The translations under genes and the position numbers were made by a program. Below the pieces are notes generated by a model. It was not told the DNA's origin. It did not search any database and saw only the letters and a program-made list of their open reading frames with translations. Positions 11,400 to 22,655 of a DNA stretch of 64,000 nucleotides are shown here, one piece after another (positions within the stretch are counted from its first letter, which is position 1; each line of letters begins with the position of its first letter). This DNA comes from Podarcis filfolensis (taxonomy: Eukaryota): assembly GCA_964270895.1 (NCBI GenBank), contig OZ185438.1. One strand, given 5' to 3'.

Positions 11400-12480
11400 C
11401 TAACCAAGTCACCACATCCGCGTTTCGCAGGATGAGAGGCTCTTTCCTTCTGCTCAGGCTGTTGTACGCCTGGATGCCGCTGTCCTGGCCCGCGGGCTTG
11501 ATCCACTTGGTCCCGCGCTCCGGACCACCGCTGCACCTTGCTCTCCGGGAAGCGACGCCCAGAAGATGCTTGCCTTCGGCAGCTGAAGCACCTTCGCCGG
11601 CTGATAGGCGGAGGAGGGCCAGACTCCCATAACGCCTGAAACCCAGACGCTGCGAGCAGCAGGAGGAGCAGCCGGCGCCGGTGCGCCAAGGAACGAAGCA
11701 AGCGCGAAACATCCTCCTCGACGGCGGCACCCAAGCCTGGTTGGGGTGCTTTGGGTTTGGTTTCCCGGCTCCTCTTTACAAATCAGCTGCTTTGCGCCCA
11801 AGCCAGCAACGCCACGGGCTGCGGCGCCCGCATGGTCGGGCTGCAGAAATGCAATGAGGAGGCAGCGCGCCTCCTCCTTGGCGTAACGAGGGCGGCGCTG
11901 CGCGGGCGCCGGAACCGCTCGGAAGAGGAAAGGGAGACGCGCACAGCCTGCCGCGCCTGTAGCAACAGCCGGCGCCGCCTGTGCGGCTACAGCCAGAAAA
12001 CCCAGCAGGAAAAGGAGGAGCCTTCTCTGCCTGGAGCTGGGAGGGGAAAGCGGAGGGAAGGAGGCGGCATTTGGGTTACTCGCCGCGCTGGTAGAATAGC
12101 GCCTCGGCTGCAATAGCTTTCGCATTCCTTCCCCTCGTCTCTTCTTCCAAATCCCCTGCTCTCCCGGTTCCCACCGACCTTGGAAATAGCAGTCCTTAGC
12201 AGATAAAAGTAAAGCTTCCGATGCAATGCGCGCGTGAAGTCCTTCAAGGAGACTGAATTGCTGGGAAAGGGCGCCTGAGGCGCGCAGGCTTCCTTCCTCT
12301 CCCTCGCCCCGCGACATCCCTTTTTTGAAGTCGGTGGAACGGATCTGGTTAGCACCGTAAAATGTAAAACCCCCGGAGAGCTCCGAGCGCGGGCGACGGC
12401 GGCAGTTGGTTTTAGCACTAGCCTCGCTCCAGATCTACAAAGAGCAAGGTTTCCAATCTGAATGAACATCGCACGGCAAA
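11400..12480. promoter_or_regulatory. CpG island / CARS2 promoter
   Basis: Visibly dense CpG and high GC around and upstream of CARS2 exon 1, against a CpG-poor background. Confidence 0.8.
11405..11712 (-). CDS. CARS2: CARS2 coding exon 1 (308 nt; ATG at 11712, mitochondrial presequence, then [35 protein letters not shown])
   Basis: YNSLxxxKE N-terminal CysRS motif and an Arg-rich leader. Donor TG|GTTAGA at 11404 gives phase 2, which fits exon 2. The ORF track starts at an upstream GTG (11730). Confidence 0.9.
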
Positions 12481-15400
12481 AGTTAGCGGAACCAGGATCT
12501 TAATTTTTGGAATCGGATTTATTTATTTTTTACAAAGTGCAAGGTATGGGGGAGGGGGGTAAATGTGGAAGAGTGTTATTTTTTATTTATTTTTTTAAAC
12601 CATAAAATATAATTTTATTTATCGAAATGAAGCAAAACCTACAGTAATATGGGAAATAAGGCACTCGCTCTCAGTGGAAGACTGAATGGGGCAGCTGACA
12701 ATCATGCGAGCCTCAGAAAGTGTGTTATTTGATTACTGTGGTACTTATTACTGTATTGCCTTGTAATTATAGGAGAAAAATTAGCCAGGATTCCTACAAA
12801 TGCCTAAACATTTCCTGGTTATTAGTATTTTACATCAGTCCACTTGTTCCTTGGCAGAAGATCCACAGAAAAGGCTGATAGCTTTTATTGGGGTGGCCAA
12901 CCTAGAATATATTCTTGTCAATGGCTCATTTACTTCGTTTTGCAGCCCTTGGGCCTCTACAGCCGAGCATTTTTTAATTGTAGAGTCATGTAGATGAGTA
13001 TAAACATGTGTTCTGTGCTGGTTCTTTGTTGGTCCAATTAAGGCTGCAGTTCAAGACACATTTACTAGGGAGAAAGCTCCACAGAACGCAGTGTGACATA
13101 CTTTGGAGTAATTGTGTACAGAAGTGGATCATGCTACAACAGCCAGAATGGCCTCTGAAAGTCCATTTGTCCTTGGTCTTGTCAATGACAAATTGGCAGT
13201 AGGTATTTGCCAAGTGGGGTCCCAACCAGGTGTTCTTGGTAACTCTTCCCCAAGATTGGATTTTACACTACTCCAGCCCCCAACACGCTATTGAAATCAG
13301 CATCTCCCAGCAACAATACAGTTTGGTTTTTTTAAAAGGACACAATCCAGACGAAGGTAAGCATTTTTATCTTCGATTAAATTCAGTGGTAGTCCAAAAT
13401 CACATGTACTTTTAAAAGTGCATTTGGTCATAACAAGTGTCTGCACAAGCTGAATTTGCCAGTATGCAATTGAATCTCTCATACACATACACCCCAAGTC
13501 AAGAAGCACCCACTGTTCTGCAACCAGACAAGGAAATGGGCCCACAGGTATCCTATCATTTTCTTCAAGATTCCTGAACGTAACCTGATAAATTTTCCTG
13601 CAGTCGTGTCACACACCCCCTACCCACACACCAAAAACTGACGTGACTGCAGAAAAATTTATCAAGTTAAATTTGAGTTCAATGGGACATGCTCCCAGAA
13701 AAGTGTGTACAGATTTGCAGCCTTAGTCTGTGTCCAATGCTTTATCTTTGTATAACATGTTCTGTTTCATTGCATCCACAACTCTGTGTGCAAAAAAATA
13801 ACGTTTACTGTAATGCATATAGCAGCTTAAGAGAACACAATTAAAAAATACGATTTATGTTTTGTCTAAGTCAGCAGCATTATTTCTGTTAAACTGGAGT
13901 AAATGAGGCTAAATTAAGGGGCTAATCAACGGATCTAATTGCTAGTTGGGGAGGGGGGAGGCCACCCAAGTTGAGAAAAATCTTCCTGCCCCAAACTGTA
14001 CTGTGCTGTCCTATAGACTCTGATTATAGAAAGGGTACCAGGCTTTGCCATACAAATACTAACCCTGCAAACCTATACATCAAAGTAAACTCCACTGAGT
14101 TCAATGGAGCTTACTCACAGGTAAGTGTGTCTAGATCTGGAGCCATAGTTTCTCTTGAGTTCCAGAAGACTCTAAAGCACTGAGTATCGTTTTTAGGAAA
14201 CCCGACTTTGTTTCGCTTTCTACCAGACAGAACTAAAAGATGCAGGGGGGAGAGAAAGAGGAAAAGAAAAATTAACAAATTACAGGCTGCAGATTCCAGG
14301 AAGCGAAAGGAGGGAGAGGAAGGTGGGGGAGTGTGTCTTTCATGACTTAACCAATGGGCTTCAAGGATTTTTTAGGGGGCTGATGTGTGGGTGTTTCTTG
14401 CTTCTTACATGTACAGTAATAGCCATTGTTGCCTGGTGCAGAAAATGCAGAAAGGAAAAGTGAACCTTCCTGCTAGCCGGTGGAGACGTGGAAGACAACA
14501 AAGCACCGTGTCTTTTGGGAGAGCTCCTCCCCTTCTGCTACCAGCGAGATCCACCACTATTTGATCATGGCTTCAGCAACGGCGGATCAGGGAACCTCTT
14601 ATTAAACGAGCTTATTGGGGCAAATCCAGATCCCTGTTCTTGGCAACGGGTTGTGAAGGACATAGCATAGAATAAAAGAAGCTGCTTCCTTTGGAAATCT
14701 ACCCCCACTCCCGCATCGCGCTTTCGAGAGGGAAAACCCGAGCGGTTTGGAATGGATACAGATCCATGCTTTTAAGGGAAGGCATCTCTCCCACCACCCT
14801 CGCGGTTTTGGCGATGCTATTTCCAGAAGCTGAGCTAAGTAATGAGCAGCGAAGGTGGCTGCTGATGCATCTTCCTGACTCTCCTGTATGGTGGGCGAAG
14901 AGTTTGCTGCAGATCGTAATGGTCCCTGGTGATCAAAGGCAAAGTCTCCCGTTCCTCGCCTGCCGGATTAGTAGTACTCTGCCCGCCACCCTAGTGGGCA
15001 CTGCCGCCGCCACCCCGCTTGCGCAGAGTATGCAGGTATCCCCGTAGTGCCATTCAGGAATACAGTGTCGCACTTTCAAAAATGTTAGATCCGAGACAGC
15101 GGCTGCTGCGCATCGCCCGTACTTTTAAGAGAAGCCGTTTGCAGGAAATCGCGATAAGTTTGCTTTCTTGCTTTGCTTTTAAAACAAAAAAACAAATCGT
15201 CTTTCTTGTCTATTTTCTATACAGCATCCCAGGCTACAGCGTGCATTATTTAAAACCCTAAGTTTATCCTGCCGACAACCCAGTGTTGTTGGTTTGTGGA
15301 AAGTGCTCACAAACCCCAGTTGTGAAAACATTTTGCCTTTTCCGCTCGAGATCTATAGCGGGCGAGAACAGCCGGCAGCAGGAACCAAGTATGGCATTTG

Positions 15401-15804
15401 CTACCACTTTCCAGCTGCAGAGGCCTTTTTTTTATTCTACTGCCCGCTCCCGGCCACCTTTTCCCAGCGATCCCAATTCACCCATGTGCCCTAAATCGCA
15501 ACGCCTCTTTCGCACCAGCAGCACGCCTATTTAGGAATGCTTGCACCAGCTACTTCCATTCTCAGGCTACGGGGAGTGGGTGAGGAATACATCTGAATGA
15601 ATTAACACCGGCAAATAACTGCCGGGCGCTAAGTAACCTCGTTCCCCACGCGTCCCCCTCCTTTTGTTTTCTGCAGCCGAGTGTGCCTTGGTTTTCAGAT
15701 CAGGCAACCTTAAAAAGCAGTGGGGGGTTACCCCTATGTCGGGACTGCAATGGCCACAACCCAGGCGCATGCGGCCTGCGGGGCTGGAGAGAAAAGAAAG
15801 AAAA

Positions 15805-15825
15805 GGCTGCTGGGAAATGTAGTTC
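15805..15825 (-). promoter_or_regulatory. ZNF143/THAP11 (SBS) type motif GAACTACATTTCCCAGCAGCC
   Basis: Close match to the ACTACAnTTCCCAGnA consensus, inside the CpG island. Confidence 0.6.
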
Positions 15826-16195
15826 CCTTTTACCTCCTCCCGCTTCGCACCCTCCATTTTCTCGTTCTATGGATGACGGTGTGCGCACGCGCCGCCGCCT
15901 TCCTCGTCGCTCGCTCTCTTCCGGCCCCTCCTCCTCCACCACCATAAACCCGCGACCTCCCATTGGGCGGCCGAAGCGGAGGGGTGGAGCGCGAGGCTGA
16001 GCCGCGATTGGCCAGAGGCGCTGCCTTTAACTTGGATTATAGTTCTCGATGCGGTTGCTCCGGTTGTTAGTTTTCAAGGAGGGAAAGGAGGAAAAAAAAG
16101 GCCGCCTCTGTTTTAAGGGGGGGGGGGGAGTCCTGCGAGCTAAGGGGAAGGGTGCATGTGTGTAGAGAGCATCGTGCCTTTCACAGCCCACCCTC

Positions 16196-16234
16196 CCCAC
16201 ACAACACAACACAACAACACAACACAACACAACA
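16196..16234. repeat. (ACACA)n-type microsatellite in the ING1 promoter/leader
   Basis: acacaacacaacacaacaacacaacacaacacaacac. Confidence 0.85.
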
Positions 16235-17539
16235 CGCCTCCCTCGGTCCTTGCGTTGTCAGAAACCGGGGCTCGCTCACTCGCAACAATCCTGTCCATCC
16301 TCGGGAGTTTCACGCGTGTTTCCAAGCACGTGTGCAAAAGCGCCAGGGTTAAAGTCCCCCCGCCGCCGCCGCACGCTTAAGCGGAGGCGAACCCCGCTCG
16401 CAAACTCGCTCTCTTGCTTTGCAACAAATAATGAAGGCACGGAAGGCCTCCGCCGCTGCCCTAAGTTGCTGCCACCCTGCGATGCAGCCGGCGCGGTGGA
16501 TCCTTCGGCACGCGTGTGCATTCCCGGAAGCCGCAAGCAAGCCCACAGTTCCAACTCTCCCGTCCCCTCCATGCGTGAGGCACGTCTGCATCGGTGGGGG
16601 AGGAAGAGTGTTTTGTCGAGTGCACACGACACCCAGGATCCGCGCATCTCAGCAGCGAGCGAGCTGCCTGCTTCCTCCCGCCACCCGCGCCGCCCTCACT
16701 TCCTTCTCCGCCAGTAGCGAGGGAGGGAAATGCAACGATTATACAGACAGAGAAGCACATCGAGCGCCTCTGCTGTTTAGTGTCGCGGCGGGGGGGTGGT
16801 TGGTGGTGGTGTTCAAGGTAGATGGGAGTGGTGCGCATGCGCCCTAGGCGGCGGGGCTGAATGTTTCCCAAGTGTTTGAAACTGGTATTTGGGTTTTCCA
16901 CGTTGGATCAAGTGCGGCGCGTAGAGGAGAGGCTGCATTCATACCCACCGGCGGAACAGGAGCAGCAGCTGCATTCGCCGAGAGGAGCTTCTCCTCCCCT
17001 TCTGCCTATCTGTAGGCAGAGCAGAACAGATCGTATTTGTCTTTTTCTTTTTTTTAAGCTTCCTCTCCTTTCCTTTCCCCTCCCGTCTCTTGTACACACA
17101 CACACACAAATCCCTCTCCGATTGTTCGTACCACCTCCTTGGTGAGTTACCGACAACGACAGCCATTCAATCAGCTGCTACGGTTGCTCTGAGGCTGTAG
17201 GGACTCTCGGGCTGTGTGTGTGTGCGCGCGCCTGCCTTGCCTTGCCTGCCTGCCTGCCTGCCTTTCTACTCTGGGAAGAAAAGGACTCAGATGTAGCTCT
17301 CTCTCTCTCTTTTTTCTTTTCTTTCCCCCCTTTTTGGAGTGGGTTCTTTTCTCCTTTTTTTGGCGAGATCCGAAGGAACAGGAGGCGGAAAAGAGAAGCG
17401 GCGAGGACGGAGACTCTGCCATTGGGGGCTGCTGTGTTTGAAAGGAAAACTCTCGCCCATTTAGGGGTGAGAGGAGGAGGAGAGAGAGATATATAGATAT
17501 ATAGATATATCTATACTCACAATTTTCGGCCGGATGAAA

Positions 17540-17675
17540 ATGTTGAACCCTGCAAACGGAGAGCAGCTTCATTTAGCGAACTATGTGGAGGATTACCTGG
17601 ACTCCATCGAATCTCTGCCCTTCGATCTGCAGAGAAATGTCTCCCTGATGAGGGAAATTGACGCCAAATATCAAG
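17540..17675 (+). CDS. ING1: ING1 coding exon 1 (ING1b type; MLNPANGEQLHLANYVEDYLDSIESLPFDLQRNVSLMREIDAKYQ)
   Basis: Near identical to the human p33ING1b N-terminus. 136 nt, donor G|GTAAG at 17676. A second in-frame ATG lies 6 nt upstream (17534). Confidence 0.96.
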
Positions 17676-19059
17676 GTAAGTGCTTTTCTCCTTTATGTGT
17701 TCGTGTGCGGGAGAGTACGTAGAAGCTACATAGATGATGATGATATTATTTTGCCTTTTCTGCAGGGATGATCTCTCTCTCTCTCTTCACCACCACCCCC
17801 TCTCCCCGCTTTCATCCCGAAGCGGATGGCAAAGCTTTGAAAATCTTATTTATTTATTTTGTGAGAAGGCAAGCAGAAAGCAAAAGGAAAGAGGGGCGAA
17901 AAGATTCGAGGAGGAGAGGCAGGAGAAGGGGGCTGCTCTGCAGAGATAGATGGAGGGGTGGGTTGTGTGTGTGTGTGTGTGTTTTTCCCCTTCCCTCCCC
18001 TTCCCTTCCTTGGGGCGGAACAAAAGGTCTTCTTTGGGGCTCCTGCTATTAAAGCAAAGACTTTGCTTTTTAGGTTTTTTGAAAAATTGCTGGACAAAAA
18101 AGGCGGCGGCAGCAGCAGTAAGGGCAGAGGAGGGGCTGGAGGATCAGGACGCATGGGGCACTGAGGCGGCTGTTTCTCTTTTCTGGGTTGAGAGAGTATG
18201 TTTTGTGGGGACAGCGGGACAGCAGTGTGTGTGTAGGGGGTATTGGAAGAAAGAGGGCAAAAAGAAGGGGGGCAGCGATCCCAGTTACAACATTGAGGAA
18301 TTTCTAGCCTTCGCAATGGCTGTAGTAGGAGAGAGGGTGCTAGTAAGGGAGGGGAGGGAGGATTAGATAGAGAGTGGAAGGGGGGGTGGGCAGGGCTTGT
18401 TGCCTTCGCTTCTTTTTTTCAATGGGCATTTGCTTTTAAAACAGTCCTCTCCTGTCAAGTATCTGTAAACCGGGGGGGGGGGAGAGAGAGAGAGAAAGAG
18501 AGACTATGGAAAGGGAAAAAGATTATATAAATACTGTGTGGGTTGGGGATGTACTGCTTTGCTGAGTGACCCCCCCCCTCCTTCCCTCCCTCTCTCTCTC
18601 TCTTTCTTTTCCTCCCTGTGCTGAAACTCATACAGTATTTTCTAGCCCTTTTTTGGCGGTGAGGGGAGGGGAGGCTGTCTTCTCCCGCACTCAAGTCTGC
18701 AGCTGGGGAAATGGTGGGGATTTTTTTTAGTTATTGAGGGGGCTCGAAAGGTCCTTTGTCACTTGGTGCTGAGAGAGGTAAAAGGCGTGGGGGGGTTGGA
18801 AAGAGTGCTACTGCTGCCGGTGGTAGAGGTGACACAGGGGTGCCCGTTACACATTCAGCTCCCCCTTTTTTCTCCAGGGGGGCGAGGAAGGGGGGTTGGA
18901 AACCTGGCAGGCTACTGCTGTGCTTATGAAGCGGGGGGGGGCGGGGAGAGAGAACGCAGCAAGTATCCATTCGAGACCTTTCGTGCGACGAGTTTTTAAT
19001 GTGTCGTAAATAGGGAGAGAGGAGAAGCGCGAGATAAAGAAAGTGACGAAACATCAAAA

Positions 19060-20080
19060 CTTGAGGGCTTGACTGCGTGGTTAGGGGATGAGGAAGAACG
19101 GGAGGCGGGGGGCTGTTGTTTTAAAGGACAAGGGCGGGCATTTCAACCAGCCACAAGCACTCCGTACTGCGCTAAAGGGAGGCACCTTCGCGCTTCAGCT
19201 CTAGAAAGAGTGAGAAGCGCCGTCACAGCGGCTTTTATAGTCACCGTCATTACCCTGTTGTGCCCGCCCCGCCTCCATTTTCCCATTATTGGCCAGAACT
19301 TCCCTCATGAAACAGCCGTGGCCCCGCCCTGTTGCCCAGGGATTGGTCCCGCTGAATTCTCTACGAAGCCCCGCCTTCTAGTGGCGCTGACGAAAGCGAA
19401 CGGTGGAAACCGGGTTGGGGAGGGGGAGAGGGAGCGAAGGAGAGAGAGAGAGAAGCAGTGGGAGGTTTGTTGTAATAGTTCGAACTGCCCCGTCCGTTTC
19501 TTAGCCTGTGATTGGCTCCTCTAGTTGCAGGAAGCGTCGGAAGCTAATGGTGACTGACAGGTGGATGTGGAAATATGAGGGTCGCAGTAAGCTCCGCCTT
19601 TAAACATCTGATTGGAACATTGGCTTAAAGCGGGTGGAGATTCGCTTGGGGCTTTCCCTTTCGATTGGCGGAGACGCGCTTAAGGCAGAGGGCGGGCTAT
19701 TGGGTCCGAATCTTTACTCCGTATGGCTTGCTTCAGTCTGAGGCGGGCACTGCTTGGATTTGCTGGGTAGTGATTGGCCGGCCGAGCAGATTCTTCTGCT
19801 CGCGTACGTTCTGCTGAGGAAGCCGTAAAAAGGCGGCGGGGGGAGGAGAGAAACGGCTCTTAACACGGCCACTTCCCTTCTAAGAACAATGGACCCCGAA
19901 GACGCATCCCGTGGGGAGGGTGTGGCCTCGCTCCCGAAAAGGAGGAGGCGGGGCAAGGGCGGCAGGCGTTCTCTGGTTGGCTGAGGGCCCGGGTAGGTGG
20001 GTGTGATAAACAGGACCCTCTTCCAATGGCTCAGTGGGCGCGGAGACCCTTTTTTTGTGGTGAAGGGGCGGGGCATGTAG
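19060..20080 (+). promoter_or_regulatory. Second CpG island inside ING1 intron 1; internal promoter with multiple CCAAT and GC boxes
   Basis: About eight ATTGG boxes between 19287 and 19777, several GGGCGG/CCGCCC boxes and a strong donor CGG|GTAGGT at 19993. Confidence 0.7.
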
Positions 20081-20987
20081 TTACTTTTTTTAACCCCTTC
20101 CGGCTCTTCACCCTATTGCTTTCCTCCTCCGGCATTTACCATTAGCAATTTAGTTTTGTTTTATTTCTTCAGGTTTCTCACCGTGTGCGCTTTGGCACCA
20201 GGAGGTAACCTAAAACGACACTCTTGTTGTAAAAAACAACTCCGCCCCCTTTTTTTTGCTTCCTTCCTTTCACACGTTACGTATTTTGGTACACGCGGGA
20301 CACCTGCTATGCGCACGTCTTTTAAAATGCGAAGCAACGGAAGTTGTTGTATATTCCTTTTTTTTTAACCACAAGCTTTTTAATTAATTTTTCAGATTTT
20401 GCAAATTCTTTTAAACAACATTCAGCACCAATCTCTCATATCCATGACTTCCCACCCAACCATCCATGGTGTTCTTTTCTTACCATATAAAGCTGCTATA
20501 TTACTTATGTTTTACCCGTTATAAACATGAATTCAAACTTAATAAACTACCAATTCTCATATATGTTATATATCTACTTCTACTCCACCCTTTTCCCTGA
20601 CTGGGTATAGCGGACTTGGGCTTGCAACCCTGTGCCCAAGACTTACCTGGGAGTAAGACCCAAGCTGATGTCAGTGAGGTTAAGCTGCACCTTGCAATTT
20701 GCCCAGAAAGAGGGCTTGTTTACTTAGTATGCAGCAAGTCCTGTGCGTATTCAAACGCTTTAAATGTTGATTAAGCGTTTTAGGCAATTGACCTTTTTTT
20801 AAAAAAGGAAAAAGAGATCTCCAAGGCAGCTCACAAAATACAAAATAAAACACTATAAGCAAAACAGAGGCAAGAATAGCTCGTTTGTTAAGCCGCAGAT
20901 AGAAAACAAGCAGAATAAAATCAGAGCATTCCCACAAACTGTCTTGTCAGCCCTCTGGAAAAGCACAGCTTTTGCTTGCTACGCAGG

Positions 20988-21156
20988 CAGTGGCGTAGCG
21001 TGGGGGGTGCAGGGGGGGCCGGCCGCACCGGGCGCAACATCTGGGGGTTAGGGTTAGGGGGCGCAAATCCACGGGTTAGGGGGCGCAAATCCACGGGTTA
21101 GGGGGTGCAAATTACTTGCCTTGCCCCGGGTGCTGACAACCCACGCTACGCCACTG
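20988..21156. mobile_element. hAT MITE with internal 22-bp TTAGGG-containing repeats
   Basis: TIR CAGTGGCGTAGCGTGGG, 8-bp TSD TACGCAGG/CACGCAGG; an inverted sister copy is at 33239. Confidence 0.85.
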
Positions 21157-21208
21157 CACGCAGGGCAGGCCTGTACACAAAGAACCTGGTGTTAAGTTGG
21201 GTGTAAAG

Positions 21209-21704
21209 CAGGGGCTGGCAAAAAAATTAAGCCGCGGGCCGGTCCACTGTGCCTCAGACCTTGTGATGGCCCAGAGAAGTGGCACCGGGGGGGGGCTGGA
21301 AGAAGAGGCAAGGGGGGCAAGTAGTCCTCCCCATGCCCCAGCTGCTGCGCTTACCTTCCTGGGGGCTGCCGCCACTGCTGCTTCTCATGGGCAGGCAGAG
21401 GGAGCTCGTCGCTCTGCTCTCTGGCCCACAGGAGCACCAGGGCGGCGGTGGCGGGAAGATGAGCGGCGCAAAAGTGTTGGTTCCGGAGAGGGGCTGCTTA
21501 AAATGGGGCTCAGCCAGCTCAGCCCAGCCCCCTTCCTCCTCTAGGCAGGGCAGGGAGAAGCCAGGAGGAGGGAGGGAGAAGGCGCCGCCGCAGTGTGTGT
21601 TTAGGAGGGGGATGGCACAGCCCGAAGGAACAGAATCCCCACGCCAATCCATGGACAGTCCGCGGACCTGATCCAGCCCCTGGGCCTTAGTTTGCCAACC
21701 CCTG
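21209..21704. mobile_element. hAT non-autonomous element
   Basis: TIRs CAGGGGCTGGCAAA / TTTGCCAACCCCTG and a perfect 8-bp TSD GTGTAAAG. Confidence 0.88.
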
Positions 21705-22655
21705 GTGTAAAGTATGCAAGATCCAAACTCCATTCTGGAGTTAGGATAGAGATGATAAAGAAAACGGGAAGACAGGAAGACACAATGAGAGATAAAGGAG
21801 GTGCTGTGGAATTGGTGGAAGTCAATGTCTTGTTGTTGTTTTAGTGTTTATAATATTAACTTGTAAGATATGGATTTGGGTTTTTTTGTTGTTGTTGCTT
21901 TCTTTAGTTTTCGAATATTGATTTTTGTGTGTTGTGTATTATTATTTTTCGATATCTTTCGTGTTGTTGTTGTGTGGAAAATACTAATAATTTTTTTTAA
22001 AAAAAAATTAAACTCCATTCTGGAGCAAGTCTACCACTGGTTGAGCTGGCCTAACCCTAGCGGAGAGGAAAGAAGCCTTTAAACAGAGCTTGAGCTATGC
22101 CCCTTTTTTCCTGACTTAGTGCTGGGCTTCCAGTTCACAGTGAGCGTGCAGAATGGGCTCAGGGTGCAGCCTAAATCTTCCCACCTGTCAGCCCAAGCAA
22201 TGCCCCTTTTTGAGGACTTAATGCATGCTTGACACCCAGCTAATGAGCCCATTCTGAGCTAGGGAGATATGCATGCCTATCTGGGCTGAGTAGGGGATGG
22301 GGCTGCAGTAGGAACCTCCCTGCTCAGGCAGAGATGTGTTAGATCCTAGCCCTGCTCATCCCAGAAGATCTTGCTATAAGACTACTGCCAAAGATAGTAA
22401 ACATAGGGTGGAGCTAGCCTCCCTAGGAAAGGAGTTCCATTATTTTGTTCTTACTGTAGCTATATGGGACATATTTCAATGCAACTCACCTCAGAGTACC
22501 TGTGTTTAGAATCCACACTTTAAAGTGTGGGAAGTTTTATGTGTCCGTCCCCCCCCCCCCAAAAAAAAACTTTTGATGACATATCTGTGACAAAGCTCAA
22601 GTGCTGTATTATGCATGAGGTTGGGAAATAATATAATCTTATCCTTTCTTCACAG

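Larger units (their letters stand above)
15640..17540 (+). promoter_or_regulatory. CpG island / main ING1 promoter and 5' leader region
   Basis: CpG-rich. Inverted CCAAT boxes (ATTGG near 15962 and 16007), GC boxes, an NRF1 motif TGCGCATGCGC at 16832-16842 and a ZNF143-type motif at 15805-15825. Confidence 0.8.

Noticed and set aside
11454-12317. 287-aa ATG-initiated ORF overlapping the CARS2 promoter and exon 1 out of frame
   Set aside because: Low-complexity Ala/Arg/Gly/Pro sequence with no recognisable domain; long ORFs are expected in stop-poor CpG islands.
14985-15003. CTCF-like motif (also at 5531 and 35723)
   Set aside because: Spacing or core mismatches against CCASYAGRKGGC; cannot be supported without a PWM scan.
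15683-19524. Many 60-156 aa ORFs on both strands around the ING1 promoter and intron
   Set aside because: They are translations of GC-rich and microsatellite DNA with no family motifs.
19060-19996. Possible coding exon for a human p47ING1a-like N-terminal extension
   Set aside because: For both candidate donors (19993 and 19997) the fusing frame hits a stop (19881 or 19861) with no ATG in between.
21048-21103. TTAGGG hexamers as a true interstitial telomere or chromosome-fusion scar
   Set aside because: Only four hexamers, interrupted by non-telomeric units and enclosed in a MITE with TIRs and TSD.
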